From: Phycisphaerae bacterium
Lineage (GTDB): Bacteria > Planctomycetota > Phycisphaerae > UBA1845 > Fen-1342
Reading direction: 5' to 3'
Assembly: GCA_963675745.2 (NCBI GenBank)
Contig: CAXXWX010000026.1
Span: forward strand, 128,001 to 192,000
Length of the DNA: 64,000 bases
Shown here: positions 29,932 to 40,600 of the stretch, piece after piece
Position numbering within the stretch: the stretch's first letter is position 1
Layout: the number at the start of each line of letters is the position of its first letter
Translations under genes and position numbers: made by a program
Notes under the pieces: model-generated
What the model was told of the DNA's origin: nothing
The model's input: the letters and a program-made list of their open reading frames with translations, nothing else
Database searches by the model: none

Positions 29932-32900
29932 CTAGGCGTGTGAAGATTCCATGTCAACGGCAGACAGTCCGTGCCCCGGCCGGTTGCGATAGAGAAGCCA
30001 GTACGTGACGGGAATAACAAACAGCGTGAACACGGTTGACGCGCCGAGCCCGAAGATCAGCGCCCAGGCCAGGCCGGAGAATATCGGATCGATCACAATC
30101 GGGGCGGCGGACAACATCGCCGTCCCCACCGTGAGCAGAATGGGCCGCAGCCGCACTACGCAGCTTTCGATGATCGCATCGTAAGAGTGGACGCCCCTGG
30201 CGCAGCGACAGATGGATGAAATCGACGATGATAACCGCCTGTCGCGTCACGATGCCGGAGAGAGCGATCATCCCGATCATGGCGGTCGCGGTGAAGAACG
30301 TGGGGTCCGCATACGGGCCAACCTGCCCGCCGGTGAAGATGTTCAGCAGCCAGAAGCCGGGCATGATGCCAATCACAGTCAGCGGAATCGCGAGCATGAT
30401 GACGACCGGCAGCCCGAACGAGCCCGTCTGCGCCACGAGCAGGATATAGATGCCGACCAGCGCGGCCACGAACGCCAGCCCCAGGTCACGAAAGACATCG
30501 AGCGTGATCTGCCATTCGCCTTCGCCGGTGAAAATCACGTCGAATCCTTCCGGCAGCCACCAGCTCACGTCGCCGCCGTTGGCCAGATACGTGCGATTGC
30601 CCACCGGACGTGGAGTGCCTTCGATCCAGCCGTTCCCGATCGCCGATCCTCGCGTCTGGCTTTGAGCATCGGCCCGCACGCGGTCAGTCTGCACGTCCAG
30701 GACAACCTCGGCCGGCGTTCGTCCCGCCACTTCGGCAAACACGTAGACCAGGCGCTCCAGGTTCTTGTGGTAGATCGTCTTGTCGACGTGCGTCTGTTCC
30801 CAGTGGCCGATCTCGTTCAGCGGGACGAGATTGCCGCCCTGCCCCTTGACGTAAACGCGTCCGAGATCATCAACACTTGAACGCCGGGCCCGCGGGAGAC
30901 GCAGTTCGATCATGAGCGGGTGGCGTTCGAGCGGCACCTGCACCGTACCGGCGGACGCCCCTTGCAGCGCGATGCGCGTCGTCTGCGTGATGTCGGCCAC
31001 CGTCACACCATTCAGCGCGGCCTTCTCCTTGTCCGTCACGAAGACCAGCTTGGCGGCGTCGGCTTCAATGCTGATATCCACGTCGACAACGCCGGGCTCC
31101 TTCGTCAGCCGCGCTTGCACGACCCGCGCCGCCGCGATGAGGTCGTCATAGCGATTGTCGGGGCGGCCACGGACCTCAGCGACCAGGGTTGCGATCACCG
31201 GCGGCCCCGGCGGCGACTCGACAACCGACAGCACCGCCCCGTAACGCTGTGCGATCTCCGTCAACTCGTCGCGCACGCGCAGCCCGATCGCGTGGCTTTG
31301 TGTCGAGCGGTTCTTCTTGCCGACGAAATTGGCCCGGATGTCGGCGACCGCGGGCCCCTCGCGCAGGTAGTAGTGGCGGACGAGGCCGTTGAAATCCATG
31401 GGCGAGGCGAGGCCCACATACGACGTGAAATCCACGACTTCCGGTGTGCGCGCCAGGTACCCTTCAAATTCGCGCACCGCCGCATCGGCCCGTTCGAGTG
31501 TAATAGTCTCGTCAAAGTCGAGGACGAACTGGAGCTCGTTCTTGTTGTCAAAGGGCAGCATCTTCAGCGGGACGGCCCGCACGGCCGCCAGCGCGCCCGC
31601 TCCGACCAACAGCACCGCCATCGCGCCGAGCAACCCCCAGGCCAGACGGTTTGAACGCAGTAGCGCGCTCATCAGCGGAGAAAAAAGACGGTACAACACA
31701 CTCGCGCGAACGCTTGCGAGGTCATCCTCCTCGCCCGCGGCCGCGGCGGTGTCGGGCCCGGGAGCCGCCAAGCCGATCCGCCGTCTCAGGACGTGGAAGC
31801 ACAGCCAGGGTGTGATGGTGAACGCCACGACCATCGACATCACCATCGTGACCGGGACGTTGAGCGCCATTGGCGCCATGTATGGGCCCATCATGCCCGT
31901 GATGAAGAACAAGGGCAGGAACGAGACGATGACGGCCAGCGTCGCGGTGATCAAAGGCGGACGGATTTCGGCCACCGCCTCCAACACGATCTCACGCGTC
32001 GCCCGACGGCGCAACTTGAAATGCCGGGCGATGTTCTCCACGTCCACGATCGGGTCGTCAACAAGCAGTCCCAGTGACAGGATCAAGGCAAAGAGCGTAA
32101 CACGGTTAATCGTGTAGCCACACAGCAGGTTCACCGTGAGCGTCAGCCCAAAGACAACGGGCACCGCCACGGCGACAATCAGCGCCTCCCGCCAGCCGAG
32201 CCCCAGCGTAAGCAGGGCAATGACGATGAAAACGGCGACCGCCAGCGCCTCGACCAGCTCGTTGACCTTCTCGTTCGCGGTCAGACCGAAGTTGCGCGTG
32301 ATGATCAACTCCATGTTGTCCGGGATCATCTCGGCCCGCAGGCGCTCCGCGGTGGCAAGCACGTCGCGCGCCACCCAGACGGCGTTGGACCCCTTCTTCT
32401 TGGCAACGGCGATCGTCACCGCCGGCTGCGCGGCGGCCGCATTTGCGGGGTCTTGAGCCGGGGCGCCAACGCACTGCCCCGGAAACCCCTCGTGGGCTGA
32501 GAATCCACGCGCAGGCCCCCACCCATGCCGCACATACCCATCGACCTCAGCCGGACCATCCACGATCTCGGCAACGTCTTTGAGGAAGATGGGATGGTCT
32601 TCCACAACGCGTACGACCAGATCGTCCAATTCCCGGGGACTGCCAAGAGCCTTACCGGACTCGACAACGTATGACTGATCCCGCCGCGTGAAGTCGCCCG
32701 CCGTGATACTGACGTTTGCCGCGCGGATAGCGCGTTCAACCTCGAGTGGCGAGACGCCGTACGCGTGCATTCGCTCCGGGTCCAGGTACACCTGCACACG
32801 TCGCGGCTCGCCGCCGACCACGTACGCGCGGGACGTGTTCTTCACCGCGGCGAGGCGCTCCACGAGCTCCTCACCGACGCGGCGCAGCGCATGGCTGTCG

Positions 32901-33370
32901 GCCTGCGCGCTTGTGAGCGTCAGCGTAACAATGGGCACATCGTCAATCTCGACCGGCTTGACCACCCAGCCGGCCACGCCCGGCGGGGCTAGGTCGAGGT
33001 TTTCGTCGATCCGCTTATATAGCTTAACGAGGCTGCGCTCGCGGTCCTCGCCAACGTAGAAGCGAACGGTGATAATCGCCAGATCCGGACGCGACATCGA
33101 ATAGACGTATTCGACGCCGTCAATCTGGTACAGGATGCGTTCCAGTGGCGTGGTGACCAGCCGTTCCACTTCCGCTGCCGAGTGGCCGGGGAACTGAACG
33201 TATACATCGGCCATCGGCACCACAATTTGCGGGTCCTCCTCCCGCGGCGTAACCAGCAACGCCGCCAACCCCAGAACGGCGGAGAGAATAATCAGCACGA
33301 TGGACAGGTTTGACCGCAGAAAAACGTGGACGATGGCGTTCGTGAAGCCGTGCGAGCGGTCGGCGGACAT
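29932..33370 (-). CDS. RND efflux permease (AcrB/AcrD/AcrF family); +1 frameshift at about 30183
   Basis: It has PREEDPQI, SLGLLVDDPIVDVENI and GIVTRQAVIIVDF. Removing one T from CTCTTAC restores GRPLYDAIIESCVVRLRPILLT and joins ORF 29932..30156. Confidence 0.92.
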
Positions 33371-33371
33371 A

Positions 33372-34478
33372 TCACTGCCCCCCGCCCGGCGGCAAAGCGA
33401 CCCGCTCGCCCGCCACCAGACCTGCCAGGACCTCTACATCGCCGTCCTCGAATGTACGACCAAGTTGCACGCTGCGCCGGCTCAGAACGGGCGGCGTAGC
33501 CGTCTGTTTGACCACATCGACGAAGCACAACTGTCCGATGCGGTCGACCGCCGGTTCCGGAATGACGAGCACTTCTTCTGGATCGAGCGGGATCAGCAAA
33601 CGCCCAAACATGCCGGTGTACAGCCCGGGTGGGCACGGTCCGGACACTTTCACCGTAAAGGCGCGGCTCGCCGACGTCGCCTCGGGAACGATCTCCCTGA
33701 CGTGGCCGGTGCAGGTTTGGCCAAGCGCATCTATGCGGACCCGGATATCTTCTCCAACGCTCAGCCGTTGCGTAAGCGACTCACGCACACTTGCCGTCAA
33801 TTGCATGCGCGTGGCGTCATACATCTTCAAAAGCGGCTGTCCCGGCGACGCGACATCGCCAACCTCCACCAGCTTGTCGACAACGACTCCATTCATCGGA
33901 CTTCGGATCGTCGCATACTCCAGAACAGCCGCGATCTCCTTTTGGGCCTGCTCTGCGCGCTGAAGGTTGGAGGACGCCGTCTTCAGTTCGGTCTGCGCGC
34001 GCTCAAACTCAATCTGTGCCGCGTTCTTGGATTGGTAGAGTTGGTTGATGCGGTCGAATTCCACCTGGGCCTGATCGCGGGCGGCGGCGGCGCTGGCGAC
34101 GGCCGCCTCCGCCTGCTCAAGTCGGGCGCGAAGCTCCTCGTCATCGAGTCGGACCAGCACAGCCCCCTGCTCCACTTGCTCGCCCGCCGTGACATTCACT
34201 TCCAAAACTCGCGCCAGGATCTTCGCGGCGATCGTGGTCTCGTGAATCGCGCTGATCGTACCCACGGCAGTCTCAACGACCGGCATGCTGACGAGGCGCG
34301 CTTCGGCCACGGAACGCGCGCCGAGCGTTCGAACCTCCCGGGCAGGCATGCCGTGTTCGGCCTCGCCTATTTTGTGGTGAAAGAAGCCGGCAAGCCCCAT
34401 GATGAGCAGGCTCACAACGACTATGAAGAGCACGCTCCCCCCCAGATACCAGATCAACGGCGAGTTTCTCTTGACCAT
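33372..34478 (-). CDS. RND periplasmic adaptor (membrane fusion protein)
   Basis: It has an N-terminal TM, lipoyl-like halves (V.AGEQVEQGAVLVRLD; IRSPMNGVV..K.VEVGD) and a coiled coil. An SD (GAGG) precedes MVKRNS, and the gene abuts the permease. Confidence 0.92.
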   Translation of the reverse strand: MVKRNSPLIWYLGGSVLFIVVVSLLIMGLAGFFHHKIGEAEHGMPAREVRTLGARSVAEARLVSMPVVETAVGTISAIHETTIAAKILARVLEVNVTAGEQVEQGAVLVRLDDEELRARLEQAEAAVASAAAARDQAQVEFDRINQLYQSKNAAQIEFERAQTELKTASSNLQRAEQAQKEIAAVLEYATIRSPMNGVVVDKLVEVGDVASPGQPLLKMYDATRMQLTASVRESLTQRLSVGEDIRVRIDALGQTCTGHVREIVPEATSASRAFTVKVSGPCPPGLYTGMFGRLLIPLDPEEVLVIPEPAVDRIGQLCFVDVVKQTATPPVLSRRSVQLGRTFEDGDVEVLAGLVAGERVALPPGGGQ

Positions 34479-34681
34479 CGTTACACCTCTCTGACCGCCA
34501 GCGGCAACAGAGCTGACAAAGGCCACGGCTGACGGGCCTCCAGCATACGCGCTTTTGCCCGCGTGTTAAGCGCTCCGCTGACTACACCGGTCTTCGCGAC
34601 TCAACGTGTGCCCAGGCCCCGCGGGAACGGCTGTGGGTGGCACGCTCTCGCGACACGCGCCTGCGCTGCGCCAGGATCGCC

Positions 34682-35023
34682 TCAGCGGCTTTGCGGCGGC
34701 TGCCAGCGCTCGACTCGCATCTGCCGCGTGCCGAAAACGACGTGTGGTCCTTCGGCTCGGCGATTGGAATAGTGCCACGTGGTGTTGATCTTTGACACCT
34801 TCACGTGCTTGGGCTCGCCGAGTAATGACAGGACCTCGACGGCATCCATTCCCGCCGTGAGTTTGGACCAGCCAATCGTCCAGGTCGGTTCCGATCGTGA
34901 GTCCGACGTCACGCTCGGGGCGGCCGCGGCGCTCTCGGCGGCCTCGGGCGGCGTCTGGCACCCGATGAACACCACGGAAGAGAGAATCACCGTGGCCAAA
35001 GTGAGGATCGTCGCTGTGCGCAT
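34682..35023 (-). CDS. Lipoprotein with a BamE/SmpA-like domain
   Basis: MRTATILT...FIGC lipobox, followed by WSKLTAGMDAVEVLSLLGEP...WHY. Confidence 0.75.
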   Translation of the reverse strand: MRTATILTLATVILSSVVFIGCQTPPEAAESAAAAPSVTSDSRSEPTWTIGWSKLTAGMDAVEVLSLLGEPKHVKVSKINTTWHYSNRRAEGPHVVFGTRQMRVERWQPPQSR

Positions 35024-35179
35024 CTTGTTCTCTCCACGAAGGTCAACCATCGATCCGCGATCAGTGTGCAATAGCAGTGCCTTAATGCGACCTCTTGAAC
35101 GAGCGGCCCGCGCTGTGTCGAAGCGGCCATGCCGCGCGGCGCATCTCTGAAGATCCTTTGATCGGTTGCATGCCCATCC

Positions 35180-36947
35180 CTAGCAGGCCGCGCTGGGCGT
35201 AAACCTGCTCGATCCGGGCGCGATGTAATCCTCGGCGGCGGTTGACAGGAACTTCGACGCGCGCTCGCTGATGATTCGCGAGACGATCTGCTCGTTTGCG
35301 TCGTTTGCCTTGGCGGCAACCAGGCTGCGAATGGAGAACACGTTGACAGGAACTTCGACGCGCGCTCGCTGATGATTCGCGAGACGATCTGCTCGTTTGC
35401 GTCGTTTGCCTTGGCGGCAACCAGGCTGCGAATGGAGAACACACGTAGCGCGTCAGATACCGACCTTCGGCCGAGTCCTTGCGACCGGTGAACGGGTAGG
35501 TATCCGGACCCCGCTGGCACTGGCTGTTGATGTTGACGCGGCAGACCTGGTTGACCAGCACGTCAACCAACCGGCTCAGGCGTGTCGCGTCCGCTCCGAA
35601 CAGTGCCGCCTGTTGCCCGTATGGGCAGGCGATTATCCAGTCGATCACCGTTTGTTCATCGTCATACGGAACGATCGGCACGACCGGGCCAAACTGTTCA
35701 AGCTGGCAGACCCGCATCTCGGGCGTACAAGGATAAAGAACGGCCGGGTAGTAGAGCGTCTGGTCGATCGTTCCGCCGCCGGCGTTGATCACCTGCGCTC
35801 CGCCCGCCACCGCCTCGTCCACTATCTCTTTCAGCCACTGCGGCTTGCCGGCCTCGGGCAGTGGGGTGATATTCACACCCTCTTCCCATGGCATGCCAAC
35901 GGTCAAGCCCTCGACCTGCGCGCTCACCCGCTTGCAGAAGTCGTCGGCAACGCTGCGGTGGCAGAAGATGATCTTGATCGCCGTACACCGTTGTCCGTTA
36001 TACGAGAACGCGCCGAGCACGCACTCGCGCGCGGCCAGGTCGAGATCGGCGTCCGGCAAGACCACCGCCGGATTCTTGGCGTCCAACCCCAGCACGCAGC
36101 GCAGCCGATTCAACTTCGGGTGCTGATGCTTCAGAATGCTCGCCACTTTCGCCGACCCGATGAAGGCCAGAACGTCGATCCGCCCGCTTTTCATGAGCGG
36201 CCCAACCACCACCGACCCATCACCATAGACGGTGTTCACAACCCCCGGCGGGAACGACTCCGCAAACGCCTGGAGCAACGGCGCGTGCAGGAGCACGCCA
36301 TACTTCGGCGGTTTGAAAATCACGGTATTGCCCATGATCAGCGCGGGGATCAACGTGGTGAACGTCTCGTTGAGCGGGTAATTGTACGGCCCCATGCACA
36401 GGACCACGCCGAGGGGACTACGTCGGATCTGGGCCAGGAAGCCCGGTTCCAGGGCAAAGCGCGAGCTGATCCGATCCAGCTCCTTCAATGCCTCGACGGT
36501 GGCCCGTACGTAATCCACGGTTCGGTCGAATTCCTTGCGGGCGTCCGGCAACGTCTTGCCGATTTCCCACATCAGAATACGAACCACGCGGTCGCGCGCG
36601 AGCTGCATCCGCGGGATAAAGGCCTCGACGCGACGGATTCGATCCGCAACCGCCATCGTTGGCCATTCGCCGCAGCCCTTGCCAAAGGCGTCGCACGCGG
36701 CCTCCAGCGCGTGCAGAGACTCCACTTCGGTCATGAGAGGATAGCCCCCCAGGGCAACTTGAGCCGGACCCTCCGCGCCACGCAGGCATACCGGCGATAG
36801 CACCTCTCGCTTTGGGCCGGCCCACGGGAGCACCTGGCCGTTCAACAGATAGTGATGGCCTTCCCGCGATCGTTCGAACCTGGCCTGCTCCGGGATGGCA
36901 TCTGGAGCCGGAAAGACATCTGATGGCGCTTTCACCTGGGTGGGCAT
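35180..36947 (-). pseudogene. gapN: NADP-dependent non-phosphorylating glyceraldehyde-3-phosphate dehydrogenase (aldehyde dehydrogenase family); 3' end disrupted, real or by assembly
   Basis: It has GPYNYPLNET, KPPKYG, FIGS, LGLDAKN, SYNGQRCTA, EQFGP and QRGPDTYPFTGRKDSAEG. The frame shifts at about 35465 (TL apparently missing before SVSDALRVFSIRS), and a 101-bp duplication follows. Confidence 0.8.
35241..35442. repeat. 101-bp direct tandem duplication in the gapN 3' end
   Basis: GTTGACAGGAACTTCGACG...ATGGAGAACAC occurs at 35241-35341 and again at 35342-35442. Confidence 0.93.
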
Positions 36948-37048
36948 GACCGCCTCCGATCTGGCACGCTGCCACTGGCAACGGCCGTCATTATTGCCCA
37001 ATTCAGGCGATTGTGCAGGTCACGCCATGAGTCTTTTGCACGCGGCGG

Positions 37049-37162
37049 TCAAGCGCCGCGCGTGGTCGGCCACGGACGGTGAGGAGCGAGGGACAGGAAA
37101 GCACTGGCGGTCAGCAGCCAGACCACCGCCAGGACGTCAATCGTGCGGGTTATCGAATTCAT
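37049..37162 (-). CDS. 37-aa ORF (MNSITRTIDVLAVVWLLTASAFLSLAPHRPWPTTRGA); small membrane peptide or signal-peptide-only gene remnant
   Basis: An AAGGAG SD lies 6 nt upstream. The ORF has a hydrophobic core and sits 84 nt downstream of the conserved motif copy 2. Confidence 0.4.
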   Translation of the reverse strand: MNSITRTIDVLAVVWLLTASAFLSLAPHRPWPTTRGA

Positions 37163-37245
37163 CGCCATCTCCTTGCGGTCTGTACGGCCAGGTCACCAGC
37201 GGGCCGGCCCCACTGATGCCGGCCCCGGAGACCAATGCTCGGTCT

Positions 37246-37293
37246 CACAAGAGAGTTCGAACAAGATAGCGGATTCAGCCCCCCGAAAGGGAA
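37246..37293 (-). promoter_or_regulatory. Conserved upstream motif, copy 2
   Basis: Matches 28577-28624 (17-bp exact core, 38/48 identity) in the same orientation. Confidence 0.65.
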
Positions 37294-37683
37294 AATTCTT
37301 CTACGTGCCCACGCGAGACTTCGTCCGGCTCCCATGGGGATCCGAACTGACGCATTCAGCATACCCAAGCCGTGTTCACAGCCGAAGCACCACAAGCTGG
37401 CTGATCAGTACGCCCTCCGCGATGTTATCCCTGTCGAGCTTGTCGCATCGCCGCGCCGTCGTAGACATACCGCTGGGCGATGAAGTCGCGGCTCTGGTTG
37501 CCCGAGGCCGCGACGAACTCGTCAGCCCGCCGGCAACTTAACGATGTGCGCACTCCAGGCCGCGGGGTTGCTCAAGATTTGCTGGCGACGCCTTACCCAT
37601 CTCAGTACGATGGAGGGGCGTGGAGTGCCGAGTCCCGCCCCACTTCTCGGCCGTGTGATCGGTGCTCCAAATGGGAGAGCAAC

Positions 37684-40600
37684 GTGAATCTAATCCGGCT
37701 GCGGCATCCCCCATCAAGCGTGACCCGCATGCTGGTAACCCACCTCATCGTGATGCTGGTCTTGATCGCGGGGTGTCCACGTGTTTCGACGCCGACTGCA
37801 CCCGTTGCGCCGTCAGACCCCGCCACGACCGGTAACGATCAGAACACCGGCCCCGCGCCGACGACACCGGCGGACGAAACCCCGTCGCACCCCGCTCCGA
37901 ACGAAGGTGATCTGAGCCCAGGCGCGGAACCGACTGATACTGATCCCAACAACCCGGCCGTAGCGGACACGCAGCCGGGGTGTATTGTCTGTCACGCCCT
38001 TGCACAAGGAGACCGTCGCGCCGTGGCTACACTGTCCGGGGCGAGTGCACACCTCGGGACTGTGACCGACGCGATCTGCCAGAACTGCCACGAGATGACC
38101 AGGCATCGCAGTGGCGTCATTCGACTGTGGGGAAGTGTCGCGGTTAAATCCGTGGTTCTCTCCATCTCGAACGACGCCGATGCGCCAACCGATCTGACGG
38201 CATTCTGTGGCAATTGCCACGCGAATACTGGTGACTTCCGGCATCCCAGCGACGGGCGAATAACCTGCAATTCCTGCCACGATGTGCATGCACCCTTGCG
38301 GGGTAATCTGGCGCTGATCCGCCAATCGGTCCTCAACCCGACCGGCCGGGGCACGACCAAGGTGGTGTTCACGGCGCGCAGCGGCGTTGGCAGCTTTGAT
38401 GACGGCGACCCGGCGGCCAACGACGGCGTCTGCCAGGTGTGTCACACCGGCACGGTGTTCCACCGCTACGACGGCTCCGGCATCGCGCACTTCGCCGGCG
38501 CGGATTGCGCGAGTTGCCACTCGCATGCCGACGGCTTCATCTCCGGGGCCGGCTCGTGCATCGCCTGCCACAGCACGCCGCAAGGCACCCGCCTGGCGGT
38601 GGTGGCCGCGGACGGCGGTGGCGGGCACCATCTCGACGAAGCCGTGCTCAGCGACGACGACTGCCTGGTCTGCCACGACACGAGCGCGCACCAGGAAGGC
38701 GTCGTGCGCGTCTGGTCCGACCCGACCAATCCGACGGCGGCGTTGCCGCTGACCGGTGAGGCGGCAGAGCTGGTCTCGTTCTGCGACGCCTGCCACAGCG
38801 CGCTGACGCATCCGACGATCCACACGGTGGGCGCGGACTGGGAGCCGGTCTGCACGGAGTGTCACGAGCTTCACGATCCGCAGAACGCCAACCTGGCGCT
38901 GGTGCGTGACGTGATCCACAATCAGACGCTGAGCGCCGACCGGCCGGTGGTATTCACGGCGCGCACGGGTGGCGGCAGCTTTGATGACGGCGACCCGGCG
39001 GCCAACGACGGCGTCTGCCAGGTGTGTCACACCGGCACGGTGTTCCACCGTTACGACGGCTCCGGCATCGCGCACTTCGCCGGCGCGGACTGCGCGAGCT
39101 GCCATGCGCATGCCGACGGCTTCATCTCCGCCGCCGGCTCGTGCATCGCCTGCCACAGCACGCCGCAAGGCACCCGCCTGGCGGTGGTGGCCGCGGACGG
39201 CGGTGGCGGGCACCATCTCGACGAAGCCGTGCTCAGCGACGACGACTGCCTGGTCTGCCACGACACGAGCGCGCACCAGGAAGGCGTCGTGCGCGTCTGG
39301 TCCGACCCGACCAATCCGACGGCGGCGTTGCCGCTGACTGGTGATTCGGCGGAGCTGGTCCCGTTCTGCGACGCCTGCCACAGCGCGCTGACGCATCCGA
39401 CGATCCACACGGTGGGCGCGGACTGGGAGCCGGTCTGCACGGAGTGTCACGAGCTTCACGATCCGCAGAACGCCAACCTGGCGCTGGTGCGTGACGTGAT
39501 CCACAATCAGACGCTGAGCGCCGACCGGCCGGTGGTGTTCACGGCGCGCACGGGCACCGGCAGCTTCGATGACGGCGACCCGGCGGCCAACGACGGCGTC
39601 TGCCAGGTGTGTCACACCGGCACGGTGTTCCACCGCTACGACGGCTCCGGCATCGCGCACTTCGCCGGCGCGGACTGCGCGAGCTGCCATGCGCATGCCG
39701 ACGGCTTCATCTCCGCCGCCGGCTCGTGCATCGCCTGCCACAGCACGCCGCAAGGCACCCGCCTGGCGGTGGTGGCCGCGGACGGCTCCGGCGGGCACCA
39801 TCTCGACGAAGCCGTGCTCAGCGACGACGACTGCCTGGTCTGCCACGACACGAGCGCGCACCAGGAAGGCATCGTGCGCGTCTGGTCCGACCCGACCAAT
39901 CCGACGGCGGCGTTGCCGCTGACCGGTGAGGCGGCAGAGCTGGTCTCGTTCTGCGACGCCTGCCACAGCGCGCTGACGCATCCGACGATCCACACGGTGG
40001 GCGCGGACTGGGAGCCGGTCTGCACGGAGTGTCACGAGCTTCACGATCCGCAGAACGCCAACCTGGCGCTGGTGCGTGACGTGATCCACAATCAGACGCT
40101 GAGCGCCGACCGGCCGGTGGTGTTCACGGCGCGCACGGGCACCGGCAGCTTCGATGACGGCGACCCGGCGGCCAACGACGGCGTCTGCCAGGTGTGTCAC
40201 ACCGGCACGGTGTTCCACCGCTACGACGGCTCCGGCATCGCGCACTTCGCCGGCGCGGACTGCGCGAGCTGCCATGCGCATGCCGACGGCTTCATCTCCG
40301 CCGCCGGCTCGTGCATCGCCTGCCACAGCACGCCGCAAGGCACCCGCCTGGCGGTGGTGGCCGCGGACGGCTCCGGCGGGCACCATCTCGACGAAGCCGT
40401 GCTCAGCGACGACGACTGCCTGGTCTGCCACGACACGAGCGCGCACCAGGAAGGCATCGTGCGCGTCTGGTCCGACCCGACCAATCCGACGGCGGCGTTG
40501 CCGCTGACCGGTGAGGCGGCAGAGCTGGTCTCGTTCTGCGACGCCTGCCACAGCGCGCTGACGCATCCGACGATCCACACGGTGGGCGCGGACTGGGAGC

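Noticed and set aside
37230..37680. c-di-GMP or other riboswitch upstream of the cytochrome
   Set aside because: I could not identify a known consensus. The conserved motif here points the other way and looks promoter-like. An Rfam scan would settle it.
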